From assembly GCA_963745035.1 (NCBI GenBank), contig CAVUVW010000013.1:704001-768000 (forward strand): DNA of 64,000 nt, written 5' to 3'. The position numbers and the translations under genes are program-made. This stretch comes from an uncultured delta proteobacterium. Lineage in GTDB: Bacteria; Desulfobacterota; Binatia; UBA9968. Every line of letters starts with the position of its first letter. Positions within the stretch are counted from its first letter, which is position 1. The notes beneath the pieces were generated by a model. That model worked only from the letters and a program-made list of their open reading frames with translations. It did not search any database and was not told the origin of the DNA. Of the stretch, positions 37,321-49,982 are shown piece by piece.

Positions 37321-37429
37321 GAGGATGGAGAATGGAGGATGGAGGATCGACGTCGGATTTCGCCATCCTCTATCCTCTATCTTCCATCCTCGATCTTTTT
37401 TTCTTCTCGATCCTCTATCCTCGATCCTC
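37321..37429. repeat. Palindromic element built from tandem GAGGATN heptamers
   Basis: GAGGATG-GAGAATG-GAGGATG-GAGGATC followed by about eight inverted NATCCTC units. Confidence 0.85.
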
Positions 37430-38805
37430 CGATTTACCGTAGATCCACTTGCCGGGGTTGCGCGCGTAGTCTTCGTAGGAACCGGCGCAGGTAATGCCTG
37501 GAATCTGTGGGATCCAGTCCTCGCGTAGGAGATCGTCCGGGTCGCCGTACTTTTCGGCCAGCTTGCGCACTTCCGGATCGTCGAGCGCGGTGAGCCTGCC
37601 GTCGCGGATGATCGTATATTCCTTGCCGGCCTTGGTCGTGATCGTGAAGGTGGGAAACAGGAGATGAATATGCAGATGGCCGTAGAGGATGCCGTTTTCG
37701 CCGGCCCACTTTTCCTCCGCCGAGCGCCACAAGGTACCGAAGCCCATGTGAATCACCCCGGAGCGGCGCCGCTCCCATTCGAAGCCGCCGGAGGAATGCC
37801 TCTCGATACCGCTCGGCCGCATGATTTTGGGATTGGTGCCGATGGCAACTTCCCAGAGATAAAATAAACCCGGGCGCGGAAAGCAGGGATACTGCGTGTG
37901 GCGGCTCTCTTCGAGTAGGCCGCGCCAGGCATCGCCGTAGGCCGCGCCACCGCTCACTTTGACCACCTGGCCGCCTTCGAGCTCCACTTTCACCTGCGGA
38001 AACGCTTTGGAAAAATGACTGGTCGTGCCGGCCACAACCCCGGCCGCGTCTTCTTTGGCGATGATCGGCGGCACCGGATGGCCGAACAGATGACCGTTTC
38101 GCGGCGTCGACGAAAAACCGTAGCGCGTTCCATCGTAGTATTCATCCCAGTAGGTCCAGCTAAGGTCCGTGCCTTCGGCATCGGTCAGCCGTGCGCGCCC
38201 ACCCGGCCGTATTCCCAGATCGGATCCCAGGTTTTCTTGTTGATGAGCAGGTGGAGATCGAGCGGGTAGGTCGTCGAGCGCTGGAGAAAATGCTCTGCGC
38301 GCAGCCAGGGAATCTGCTCGTAGCGAAACTCGGTTTTCGGGATCGGCCCGCCCTTGCCGTGAATGAGCAGATCGTAGCCGCCGCGCAGCGCGAAATTTTC
38401 GATGTAGGGCATCCCTTCCCAGCGCCGCGGATTGTTGTCCCACGGCTCGCGCCGCATGATGACGTCGACCTCGTCGGTGTAATCGAACACCCGGTCCGGG
38501 TCGCCCATATCAGCGACGAGGATATCGACGTGCGCGCCCTTCTCGCGCAGCGCCGCCGCCACGGCGTGCGGCACGTCCAGATCGTACTCGCGGTCGATGG
38601 CGATGAGAATCTTGTTGCCGGATCGGGTCTTGTCATAGCCGACAAAACCGATGTGGCTGTCGCGGTTCTCCCGTGAATTGGCGAGCTGGCGCGCAAACGG
38701 CATCAAGTGCGAGATATCCGCCGAGCGCAACCCGCGATTGCGTAGCTGCAATTCGCGCGGAACAGAATTACTGATACCGACGCCATCATCGGCCGTGTCA
38801 CACAT
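37415..38805 (-). CDS. Uncharacterised protein with peptidase M29/NicX-like C-terminal motifs, frameshifted near 38190
   Basis: WEVAIGTNP...GVIHMGFG...HLHIH; RBS GGAGG; ORFs 38185..38805 and 37415..38443. Confidence 0.6.
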
Positions 38806-38827
38806 GGAAAAACCTCCGAAAAAAAAT

Positions 38828-38916
38828 TGGAGTGATGGAGTGTTGGAGTACTGGAGTAACGGGGGAAACCCTCTTCCGACCTCATTACTCCATCACTCCA
38901 ATACTCCATTACTCCA
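38828..38916. repeat. Palindromic element built from tandem TGGAGTNN octamers (copy 2)
   Basis: TGGAGTGA-TGGAGTGT-TGGAGTAC-TGGAGTAA, spacer, then TTACTCCA-TCACTCCA-ATACTCCA-TTACTCCA. Confidence 0.88.
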
Positions 38917-38919
38917 CTC

Positions 38920-39831
38920 TTACAGACAATTCCTCTTCACCCAATCGACGATCTCGCACCTCTTGGCGAACCAGAGATCGGGAAACGACTTCGCGTACTT
39001 GATGCACTCGTCATAAACCTTGCCCGTCGCCGGAAAAGCCATCTGGCAGTGCATCGCCAAAGTCAGCATCTTCGGCTCCTCGGCCGACTCCTCGTACAAC
39101 AGATCGAACTCGTCCTTGAACGAATTGAAAACGTCGCGCGCCGTGATGCCGCGGCGATACATGCCGGTGTCGTTCAGCCCGCTGACCGCGTTTTTGTAAG
39201 GCACGATGATCATCGTCTTGCCGTTGATACTCACCGGATAAGGATTGTCGTCGTTGACCGCGTCGCCATGCCAGGCAAAGCCTTCGTCGGCGAGAATGCC
39301 GAGGGTGCGCTCGGTGTGGCGCATGCCGGAAGTCAGCCAGCCGGTCGGCCGCACTCCGGTGAAATCCTCGAACATCTTCGCGCAAGTGCGAATCTCTTCC
39401 CGTTCCTGCTCTTCGGTGAGCTGCGTCAATTGAATATCTTCGGCGTACGAATGGCCGACGATCTCGTGGCCGCGCTCGTGCACCGCTTTGACCGCTTCGG
39501 GATATCGATGGATGCACAGCGCGTTGGTGTTGAACGATGCCTTCACTCCGTATTTGTCCAGAATGCGCAAAATGCGCCACACCCCGGTCCGCCCGCCGTA
39601 ATCGTTTTCACTCGCGGTGCGGCAATCATAGAGCGAGACCACATCGTCTTCCTTGATCGGATTCGAACCGCCGACGTGATGAGTTCGCCGGTGCTTGGGA
39701 TTGGGAATTTCCGTCCATGCCTCGAGATTGCCCGCCAGAGCCACCGCCATCCGCGCGCCGTCCGGCCATTTGATCTTGAGCTTTCTCGCCTTCGAATACA
39801 CGTCGTAAAAATTATCTTGCTGCGGCATCAT
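38920..39831 (-). CDS. Polysaccharide deacetylase family protein, PuuE/allantoinase-like
   Basis: WPDGARMAV, DYGGRTGVWRI, HEIVGHSY and RPTGW. Confidence 0.82.
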   Translation of the reverse strand: MMPQQDNFYDVYSKARKLKIKWPDGARMAVALAGNLEAWTEIPNPKHRRTHHVGGSNPIKEDDVVSLYDCRTASENDYGGRTGVWRILRILDKYGVKASFNTNALCIHRYPEAVKAVHERGHEIVGHSYAEDIQLTQLTEEQEREEIRTCAKMFEDFTGVRPTGWLTSGMRHTERTLGILADEGFAWHGDAVNDDNPYPVSINGKTMIIVPYKNAVSGLNDTGMYRRGITARDVFNSFKDEFDLLYEESAEEPKMLTLAMHCQMAFPATGKVYDECIKYAKSFPDLWFAKRCEIVDWVKRNCL

Positions 39832-39878
39832 GATCCGCTCTTCCTCCTCAGCTCCTGAGGAATTTTTGTTATGGCTTC

Positions 39879-39907
39879 GATATATGGAAATCGCGAGAGG
39901 CTGTCAA
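39879..39907 (-). promoter_or_regulatory. Sigma70-type promoter
   Basis: TTGACA-N17-TATATC upstream of the deacetylase gene. Confidence 0.55.
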
Positions 39908-39926
39908 ATAACTCGGCGTATCGCGC

Positions 39927-40665
39927 TCAATATTTGACTTCGATCAGATACAGTCCATGCGGCGGCGCGGTCGGTCCCGCTTGGTTCCGGTCGCGCGCTT
40001 CGAGCAATTCGCCGAACGATTGGGCCGTGCGCAGCCCGACGTCCAACTTCCACCAAGCGTGCCGACGATGTTGCGCACCATGTGGCGGAGAAACGCGGTG
40101 GCTTCGATGGTGTAGACAAGCAACTCGCCGCGCGGCTGCAATGAAGTTCGATAAACTTTCTGATCGGATGCGTCGCGTCGCAGCCGGCGGCGCGGAAGGA
40201 GGAAAAATCATGCTCGCCTGGCAGAGCACAAGATCGCCTCGCCGCATCGCGGCACGGTCCAAATGTTCGTGCACATGCCAGGCGCGATTTAGATAGAACG
40301 GCGACGGCGTCGTACCGATTGAGGATGTGATACTCGTAGATGCGGCTTCGGCCGTCGCGCCGCGCATCGAAGTCATCGGCTACGACTTCGACTTCTTTGA
40401 TCGTGATATCGTCGGGAGTGAGCGCGTTGAGGCCGCGGCAGAATCCGATGGCGGCCAAATTCCTTGCTCGGCGATGAAATTTGCCACCTGGCCGAGCGCA
40501 TGAACGCCCGGCATCGGTGCGCCCCGAGCCGATGATGCGCGTGGCGTTCCGAGGAAAGTCGAAATCGCCCGCTCTAAAACTGCTTGGATGGTTCGCCGTT
40601 GGGTTGAATCTGCCAGCCGCGATAGCCGGGTGCCTTCGTACTCGATAGTAATCTTGATGATTCAC
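39927..40665 (-). CDS. truA: tRNA pseudouridine(38-40) synthase, multiply frameshifted (probably sequence error)
   Basis: IEYEGT, GSGRTDAG, HDFSSFRA, FLRHMVRNIVGTL and TAPPHGLYL fragments in different frames. Confidence 0.82.
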
Positions 40666-40703
40666 GGCAAGGCAATGCGGAAGCAGATCAGCGCATGTCT
40701 TAA

Positions 40704-41733
40704 CTAGAGATAATCGCGGATCAGGATCTCGGCGATCTGCACGGCGTTGAGCGCCGCGCCTTTGCGCAGGTTGTCCGACGACCACCCATAAATTGAGGCC
40801 ATTGGCGACGGAATGGTCTTCGCGAATCCGGCCAACGTAGGTGGCGTCTTTGCCAGACTGCATCGATCGGCGTCGGATAAACATTATTCTCCGGTTCGTC
40901 GGCGAAGATGCACGCCCGGCGCGTCACGAAGAATCGTCTTGGTTCTGCGCCGCCGAAAGTTTCTCCTACCGTCTCGACGTTGACGGACTCCGAGTGGCTG
41001 CAGAAACACCGGCACGCGCACGGCGGTCGCGGTTACCGGGAGAGTCGGCTCGCCAAGGATCTTGCGGGTCTCGTGGATCATTTTCCATTCTTCTTTGGTG
41101 TAGCCGTCTTCCATGAAAACATCGATATGCGGGATGCAGTTGAACGCAATCTGGTGCGGAAATTTTTCTTTCTTGATCTCCCGGCCGTTGAACAGCGCAG
41201 CCCACCTGCTGGCTCAGTTCTTCCATGGCCATTCGGCCGGCTCCCGAAACCGATTGGTAAGTCGACACCACAACCCGCTTGATGCGCGCCGCGTCGTGAA
41301 TCGGTTTTAGCGTCACGACCATTTGGATGGTCGAGCAGTTCGGGTTGGCGACGATGCCGCGTGTTTTGTATTTGGCGATTTCCTTGGCGTTCACCTCCGG
41401 AACGACCAGCGGAACGTCGGGCTCCATGCGGAAATGCGAGGTGTTATCCACCACCACGGCGCCGGCCGTGACTGCCGCCGGGGCAAATTTGGCGCTCACC
41501 TTGGCGCCGGCGGAAAATAAAGCGATGTCGATGCCGCGGAACGAATCCTCGTTCAATATAGCGACGCGAACTTGTTTGTTCTGAAAAGGCAGGAATTGGC
41601 CGGCGGAGCGCTCCGAAGCCAACAGTCGCAACTCGCCGACCGGAAATTGGCGCTCTTCCAACACTTCGCGCAATTGCTCGCCGACCGCGCCGGTGGCGCC
41701 GACGATCGCGACATTATAACTTTCTTTTTTCAC
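40704..41733 (-). CDS. asd: Aspartate-semialdehyde dehydrogenase, frameshifted
   Basis: [31 protein letters not shown] and [16 protein letters not shown]. Confidence 0.92.
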
Positions 41734-41735
41734 GA

Positions 41736-42826
41736 CTATCGCCCCTTCGCCTTTTCGATCTTGGCGCGCACGAGCCCGCCCATCTGCCGGCAGCCGACGA
41801 GCTGCCCGCCGGGCTCCTGGATATCGGCGGTACGGTAACCGTCATTGAGCACATCCTCCACCGCTCGCTCAATTGCCTCCGCAGCCGCCATCTGATCGAG
41901 CGAGTGACGCAGCATGAGCGCGACGCTCAAGATCGTTGCCAAAGGATTTGCTTTGTCCTGGCCCATGATGTCGGGCGCGGTGCCGTGCACCGGCTCGTAC
42001 ATCCCAACCTTGCCGCCGAGACTGGCCGACGGCAGCATGCCGATCGAACCGGTGAGCATTGCCGCCTCGTCGCTCAGAATATCGCCGAACATGTTCGTCG
42101 TGACGACCACGTCGAACTGCTTGGGATTGCGAATCAACTGCATGGCACAGTTGTCGACCAGCATGTGCTCCAGTTGGATGCCCGCGTAGCCTTCTTCTTT
42201 GTGGATCCGCGTGACGACCTTGCGCCACAATTCGGTGACTTCGAGCACATTGGCTTTATCCACCGACGTGACTTTCTTACGCCGCTTGAGCGCCGCCTGA
42301 AATGCCACGTGTGCGATCCGCTCGATTTCCGGCGTGGTATAAACCTCGGTGTTGACTCCCCGCTCCGTGCCGTCGGCGAGTTGCGTCACTCCCTTGGGTT
42401 GGCCGAAGTAAATCCCGCCGGTAAGCTCGCGCACCACCAGAAGGTCCGTCCCTTCCACGACTTCGCGTTTCAACGTCGAAGCCGAGGCCAATGCCGAGAA
42501 CAATTTCACCGGACGCAGGTTGGCGAATAGACCGAGCTCCTGGCGCAATCCCAACAACGCGCGCTCGGGCCGAATCGAATAGTCGAGGCCGTCCCACTTG
42601 GGACCGCCCATCGCGCCGAGCATTACCGCGTCGCTCTGCTTGGCCAGATTGAGAACCGTGTCGGTGAGCGGCTTGCCGTGCGCATCGATGGATGCGCCGC
42701 CGACGATGCCTTCTTCTAATTCTACGCCGAAGTTGTAAAGCTTGGCGATCTGCTTGAGAACCTGAATGCCCTCGTGCATCACCTCGGGGCCGATACCGTC
42801 GCCCGGCAAGACTGCGATTTTGTAGC

Positions 42827-42830
<4 letters not shown>
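41736..42830 (-). CDS. leuB: 3-isopropylmalate dehydrogenase
   Basis: [28 protein letters not shown] and [10 protein letters not shown]. Confidence 0.96.
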
Positions 42831-44380
<1,550 letters not shown>

Positions 44381-44422
44381 GATCCATTCTCCTCGATCGT
44401 TGCCCCGTTGATCCCTGTCCGC

Positions 44423-44458
44423 AAATAAAAACTCCCGCGGCAGGGCCAACGGGAGTGT
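44423..44458 (-). terminator. Terminator-like hairpin between pssA and leuA
   Basis: mRNA ACUCCCG-(12 nt)-CGGGAGU followed by UUUUAUUU. Confidence 0.5.
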
Positions 44459-44484
44459 TATGATTCGCTAGTTCAGCCAGGATC

Positions 44485-45342
44485 TCACGGCAACGCTTTC
44501 GCCGGGCTCCTTCTCTTCTCCCGCTGGCGTTTAACGCTCGATAAACACCATAACAGAGGACCGGATAACGTGTACGCTAAGACCACCATGAAAAACATAA
44601 GATGCCGCTCGGCGATGAACAATGTAATCAAAATAATCCCGGAAACCAACATCCAGATCGGGTGGCGCTTTTTCACCTCGTTATTCTTGAGGCTGAAATA
44701 CGGAATATTGCTCACCATGAGAGCCGCCAAGCCGTAGATCACCAGCAGCAGCGTCAGGTGACGACTCGGCGAACCGGCCACGCCGACATAGTAAAACAGG
44801 ATCACGGTCGAAGTGATCATCTGCGCGGCGGCGGGAATCGGCAAACCGACGAAATGATTTTTCGACGCGCCCAGGGCCTGAACGTTGAAACGCGAGAGCC
44901 GCAGCGCGCCGCAGACGACGTAAGTGCAGGCCGCCAGCCAGCCCCAAGTTTGCCAAGGCACCAGCGCCCATAGATAAACCAGCACCGCCGGCGCCACGCC
45001 GAACGAAACCACATCGGCCAAGGAATCGAATTCCACGCCGAATTGGCTCGTCGTCTTGGTCAGCCGCGCGGCGTAGCCGTCGATGCCGTCGAGCACGTTG
45101 GCGAGGATGATGAACAGAGCCGCGTTGACGAACTCGCCGTTAAAAGTGGCGATGATCGAGAAAAAACCGCACATCAGATTTCCGGCGGTAAACAAGCTCG
45201 GGATCAGGTAGACGCCTCTTCGAAGCTTGTCGGCGGGCATGCGCTGGCGCAGCGGCATGCGCGGCTTGCCGCGCCGGCGCAGCAGCCGAACCTTGCCGCT
45301 TTCTCCGACTGGGTTTGGCTCTTGAGCATTCATCGCGCTCAT
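44485..45342 (-). CDS. pssA: CDP-diacylglycerol--serine O-phosphatidyltransferase
   Basis: DGIDGYAAR...FGVEFDSLADVVSFGVAP and LRLSRFN. Confidence 0.93.
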   Translation of the reverse strand: MSAMNAQEPNPVGESGKVRLLRRRGKPRMPLRQRMPADKLRRGVYLIPSLFTAGNLMCGFFSIIATFNGEFVNAALFIILANVLDGIDGYAARLTKTTSQFGVEFDSLADVVSFGVAPAVLVYLWALVPWQTWGWLAACTYVVCGALRLSRFNVQALGASKNHFVGLPIPAAAQMITSTVILFYYVGVAGSPSRHLTLLLVIYGLAALMVSNIPYFSLKNNEVKKRHPIWMLVSGIILITLFIAERHLMFFMVVLAYTLSGPLLWCLSSVKRQREKRRSPAKALP

Positions 45343-45968
45343 ACAAACCTCCCAACGATAGTCTCGCCGCCCTTTACCCTTTGACCCTCGCGAATTTCCA
45401 ACCGGCAGCCCCTCGGCAAATAAAGATCGGTGCGCGACCCAAACATGATCATGCCGAAACGGTCGCCCCGTCCTAAAACATCGCCGGCTTTTACCCGGCA
45501 AACAATCCGCCGCGCCACAACGCCGGCGATCTGCACCACACCAAAGGTCCGCTGGTTTTCGTCGACGATCTTCAGCGCATTTTGCTCGTTCTGCTCTGAG
45601 GCCTCGTCCTTGTAGGCGGCGATGAACTTCCCTGGCTTGTACTCGACTTCGTCGACTCGCCCCCCCACCGGGCTTCGATTGATGTGCACGTCGAGCGGAG
45701 AAAGGAAAATGCTCATTCGAGTGGCCGCATCGCCAAATCGAGAATCGCCGCTGATCTGCGCGACATTCACAACTTTACCATCCGCCGGCGCTACCACGAG
45801 TCCTTCACCGCTCGGGATCCGCCGCTCGGGATCGCGAAAAAAACCCGCCACCGCCAAGGTGGCCAATCCCAAGGCGCCGCTGGCCAATTTCCAGCCCGCC
45901 ACGGCCGCAAAGCCCGTCAAAGCCGCGCCCGTGAAAATAAGCGGGTAACCTTCTTTTGCGATTCTCAT
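45339..45968 (-). CDS. psd: Phosphatidylserine decarboxylase proenzyme
   Basis: [20 protein letters not shown] and FGSR cleavage motif. Confidence 0.93.
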   Translation of the reverse strand: MRIAKEGYPLIFTGAALTGFAAVAGWKLASGALGLATLAVAGFFRDPERRIPSGEGLVVAPADGKVVNVAQISGDSRFGDAATRMSIFLSPLDVHINRSPVGGRVDEVEYKPGKFIAAYKDEASEQNEQNALKIVDENQRTFGVVQIAGVVARRIVCRVKAGDVLGRGDRFGMIMFGSRTDLYLPRGCRLEIREGQRVKGGETIVGRFV

Positions 45969-46007
45969 CCGATTTTAATATCCGCGATTGCACAGCGCTT
46001 GCCGGTG

Positions 46008-47180
<1,173 letters not shown>

Positions 47181-47301
47181 TCAGTGATCGTCTTAGAAGC
47201 CGGCGCAAAGGCAAAAAAGAGCGGGGCTCAACTGCGGTTCAACGGTTCGGTTGCTGGAGAAAACTCGCGCGGCCTGCGCGGCGCCGGAGACGCCACTGGA
47301 C

Positions 47302-47823
47302 CTAGGTTTTCAACAAGGCCGGCTCACGGCGAGGCGAAGCAGTGTGGGTTGTTTCCCGGGAGATGGCGATGCGGCCGGTGCGAATCAGCTCTTTGATGCC
47401 GAGCGGGCGAAGCATATTGATCATCGCCTCGACTTTCTCCACATCGCCGGTGATTTCGATCGTATAGGTGTTGGCCGACGAATCGACGATCTTGGCGCGA
47501 AAAATATCCGCCAGCCGAATCGCCTCATCGCGATGCTCCGGCTTGGTGTGGACTTTGATCAGCGCGGTTTCGCGGTCGAGAAAATGCGTTTCGGTCAGAT
47601 CGACGACCTTGAGCACCTCGACCACCTTATTGAGCTGCTTCATGATCTGCTCGATGATCCGATCGTCGCCGACGGTGACGATGGTGATCATCGACGTGGT
47701 CGGATCCAGAGTCGGCGCGACCGACAAGCTCTCGATGTTATAGCCTCTAGCGCTGAAAAGACCGGCGACTCTGGCAAGCACGCCAAACTTGTTCTCGACA
47801 AGAATCGATATGATATGTTCCAT
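47302..47823 (-). CDS. ilvN: Acetolactate synthase small (regulatory) subunit
   Basis: ENKFGVLARVAGLFSARGYNIESLSV ACT domain. Confidence 0.95.
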   Translation of the reverse strand: MEHIISILVENKFGVLARVAGLFSARGYNIESLSVAPTLDPTTSMITIVTVGDDRIIEQIMKQLNKVVEVLKVVDLTETHFLDRETALIKVHTKPEHRDEAIRLADIFRAKIVDSSANTYTIEITGDVEKVEAMINMLRPLGIKELIRTGRIAISRETTHTASPRREPALLKT

Positions 47824-47835
47824 CCGAAACGGTCG

Positions 47836-49614
47836 TCAGGCAGGAAGAACACCCTCCCCCTCATCCACCTTTCTCTTATGTGCGCCGCCCTTTCTCGCGA
47901 GCTTCAGCTCGGGCGGATCTTCGAGCATCATCTCATGCTGCGCGCCGCCGGCGGGGATCATCGGATAGCAATTTTCGTAGGGATCGGTGTGAATATCGAG
48001 CAGCACCGGTCCCTCATGCTTTAGGCCCTCTTTTAGAACGGGCTCGACTTCGCCGGGGGTCAGAGCGCGCAAGCCCTTGATGCCGTAAGCATCAGCGAGC
48101 TTCACAAAGTCCGGCATCTTGCCCAACAGGCTCGCCGAATAACGGCCTTCATAGAAAAGATCCTGCCACTGGCGCACCATGCCGTGCGCGCCATTGTTCA
48201 GCAAAATGATTTTGACGGGTAGGTTGCGCTCAGCGGCAACGACCATCTCCTGCAAATTCATCTGGAAGCTGCCTTCGCTGGTGATGCAGAGGACCTGCCG
48301 GTCCGGATACGCGACCTGCGCGCCGATAGCCGCCGGAAAGCCAAAGCCCATCGTACCCAGGCCGCCCGAGGTCAACCACGTCCGCGCTTTGCTCCCCTTG
48401 AAATACTGCGCGGCAAACATCTGATGCTGGCCGACGTCCGTGGCGACGATCGCCTCGTGCCGGGTCAGCTCGTAGAGTTTCTCGATCACGTATTGCGGCT
48501 TGATCGTCTTGTCATCCTGTTTGTAAGAGAGCGGGTGTGAATTTTGCCATTCCTTGATTTGCGCGGCCCAAGGGGCACGCTGTGCTTTGATGTGCGCCGG
48601 GTTGCCGTCCATGGAGCGGAGAATCACGTTGAGCTGGCGCAACACCGTTTTCACGTCGCCGACAATGGGGATATGCGCGTGAAAGGTCTTTTTGATCGAC
48701 GTCGGGTCGATATCGATGTGCACCACGCGCGCTTCCGGACAAAACTCCGAGAGCTTGCCGGTAACGCGATCGTCAAAACGCGCTCCCACGGCAATCAGTA
48801 AGTCCGCATAGTGCATCGCCATGTTGGTGCAATAGGCGCCGTGCATGCCGAGCATGCCAAGCGAAAGCGGATGGGTGCCGGGAAAACTGCCGAGGCCCAT
48901 CAAAGTCATCGTGACCGGAATTTGGGTGATCTCGGCGAGCTCGCGGATCTCGTCGGCGGCATCGGAGAATATCGCGCCGCCGCCGACGTAGATCACCGGC
49001 TTGCGGGCTTTCAGGATCTCTTCGGCCGCTTGTTTGATTTGATTTTTGTTGCCGGTCACGGTCGGATTGTAGCCGCGCAAGTTGACTTTATCCGGGTACT
49101 TGAACTCGGCTTTCGCCGTGCTCACGTCTTTTGGAATATCGACTAACACCGGCCCCGGCCGCCCGCTGGTCGCGATGTAAAACGCTTCCTTGATGGTTTG
49201 TGCTAGCTCATTGACGTCTTTCACGAGCACGTTGTGTTTCGTGCACGGCCGGCTGATGCCGACGTTGTCGGCTTCCTGAAAGGCATCGTTGCCGATGAGA
49301 TCGGTGGACACTTGACCGGTGAAAGCCACCAGCGGAACGGAATCCATGTAGGCGTCGGCCAGGCCGGTCACGATATTGGTCATGCCGGGACCCGAGGTCA
49401 CCAAAACGACGCCGGCTTTGCCCGTGGCTTTGGCATAACCCTCCGCCATATGCGCGGCGCCCTGTTCATGGCGGGTCAGCACTAGGTCGATATCTTTCCG
49501 CTGGCAAAGCACATCGAAAATCTTGAGCACTACGCCGCCCGGCAAACCAAAAACCGTGTTCACGCCCTCCTGCCGCAGTGATTCACAGAATATTTCCGCT
49601 CCGGTCACTTTCAT
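47836..49614 (-). CDS. ilvB: Acetolactate synthase large subunit, biosynthetic type
   Basis: RHEQGAAHMA, TSGPG, DVGQHQM and GGLGTMGFG. Confidence 0.96.
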   Translation of the reverse strand: MKVTGAEIFCESLRQEGVNTVFGLPGGVVLKIFDVLCQRKDIDLVLTRHEQGAAHMAEGYAKATGKAGVVLVTSGPGMTNIVTGLADAYMDSVPLVAFTGQVSTDLIGNDAFQEADNVGISRPCTKHNVLVKDVNELAQTIKEAFYIATSGRPGPVLVDIPKDVSTAKAEFKYPDKVNLRGYNPTVTGNKNQIKQAAEEILKARKPVIYVGGGAIFSDAADEIRELAEITQIPVTMTLMGLGSFPGTHPLSLGMLGMHGAYCTNMAMHYADLLIAVGARFDDRVTGKLSEFCPEARVVHIDIDPTSIKKTFHAHIPIVGDVKTVLRQLNVILRSMDGNPAHIKAQRAPWAAQIKEWQNSHPLSYKQDDKTIKPQYVIEKLYELTRHEAIVATDVGQHQMFAAQYFKGSKARTWLTSGGLGTMGFGFPAAIGAQVAYPDRQVLCITSEGSFQMNLQEMVVAAERNLPVKIILLNNGAHGMVRQWQDLFYEGRYSASLLGKMPDFVKLADAYGIKGLRALTPGEVEPVLKEGLKHEGPVLLDIHTDPYENCYPMIPAGGAQHEMMLEDPPELKLARKGGAHKRKVDEGEGVLPA

Positions 49615-49626
49615 GAGCAAAACTCC

Positions 49627-49863
49627 CTAGACCGCCGCGCCGGCTTGGCGGTGCCTTCCCAAAATCTCCATGATGCGATCTTTGCCCGCCAGTTTTAATT
49701 TCTGAATTTTTTTCATCTCTACCTCTTCTTCCGGAGTGAGATGATGCTTATGCTGGAAATCCGCAAGTTTTCTTTCGAATTCCCGATGTTCTTCGTAAAA
49801 CTTTCGTAACTCTGGGTCCTTATCCAACAGGGAGACAATCGTCTGTTCATCCTTCAATTCCAT
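49627..49863 (-). CDS. DUF465/YdcH family small protein
   Basis: EEHREFE...LTPEEEVEMKKIQKLKLAGKDRI; RBS AAGGAGG. Confidence 0.75.
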   Translation of the reverse strand: MELKDEQTIVSLLDKDPELRKFYEEHREFERKLADFQHKHHLTPEEEVEMKKIQKLKLAGKDRIMEILGRHRQAGAAV

Positions 49864-49925
49864 ACAACGGCCTCCTTTTTTTTGAGTTTTAATTTTTTGA
49901 GTTTTAAGAAGTTCGAGCGCGTTTC

Positions 49926-49954
49926 AAATTAACGTACGGGTTGGGCTTTGTCAA
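49926..49954 (-). promoter_or_regulatory. Sigma70-type promoter of the DUF465-ilvBN operon
   Basis: TTGACA-N17-TAATTT. Confidence 0.6.
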
Positions 49955-49982
49955 CGCGATTTGCCCGTGGGTATTCAACGGG

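Noticed and set aside
37321-38916. Short repeats as a possible CRISPR array
   Set aside because: Units are 7-8 nt, tandem and inverted, with no repeat-spacer periodicity and no cas genes.
39927-40665. truA as a true pseudogene
   Set aside because: Neighbouring asd and leuCD show the same indel pattern, so sequencing error is more parsimonious.
44485-45968. Phospholipid genes psd-pssA inside the ilv-leu cluster
   Set aside because: This arrangement is familiar from delta- and betaproteobacterial genomes and is not novel.
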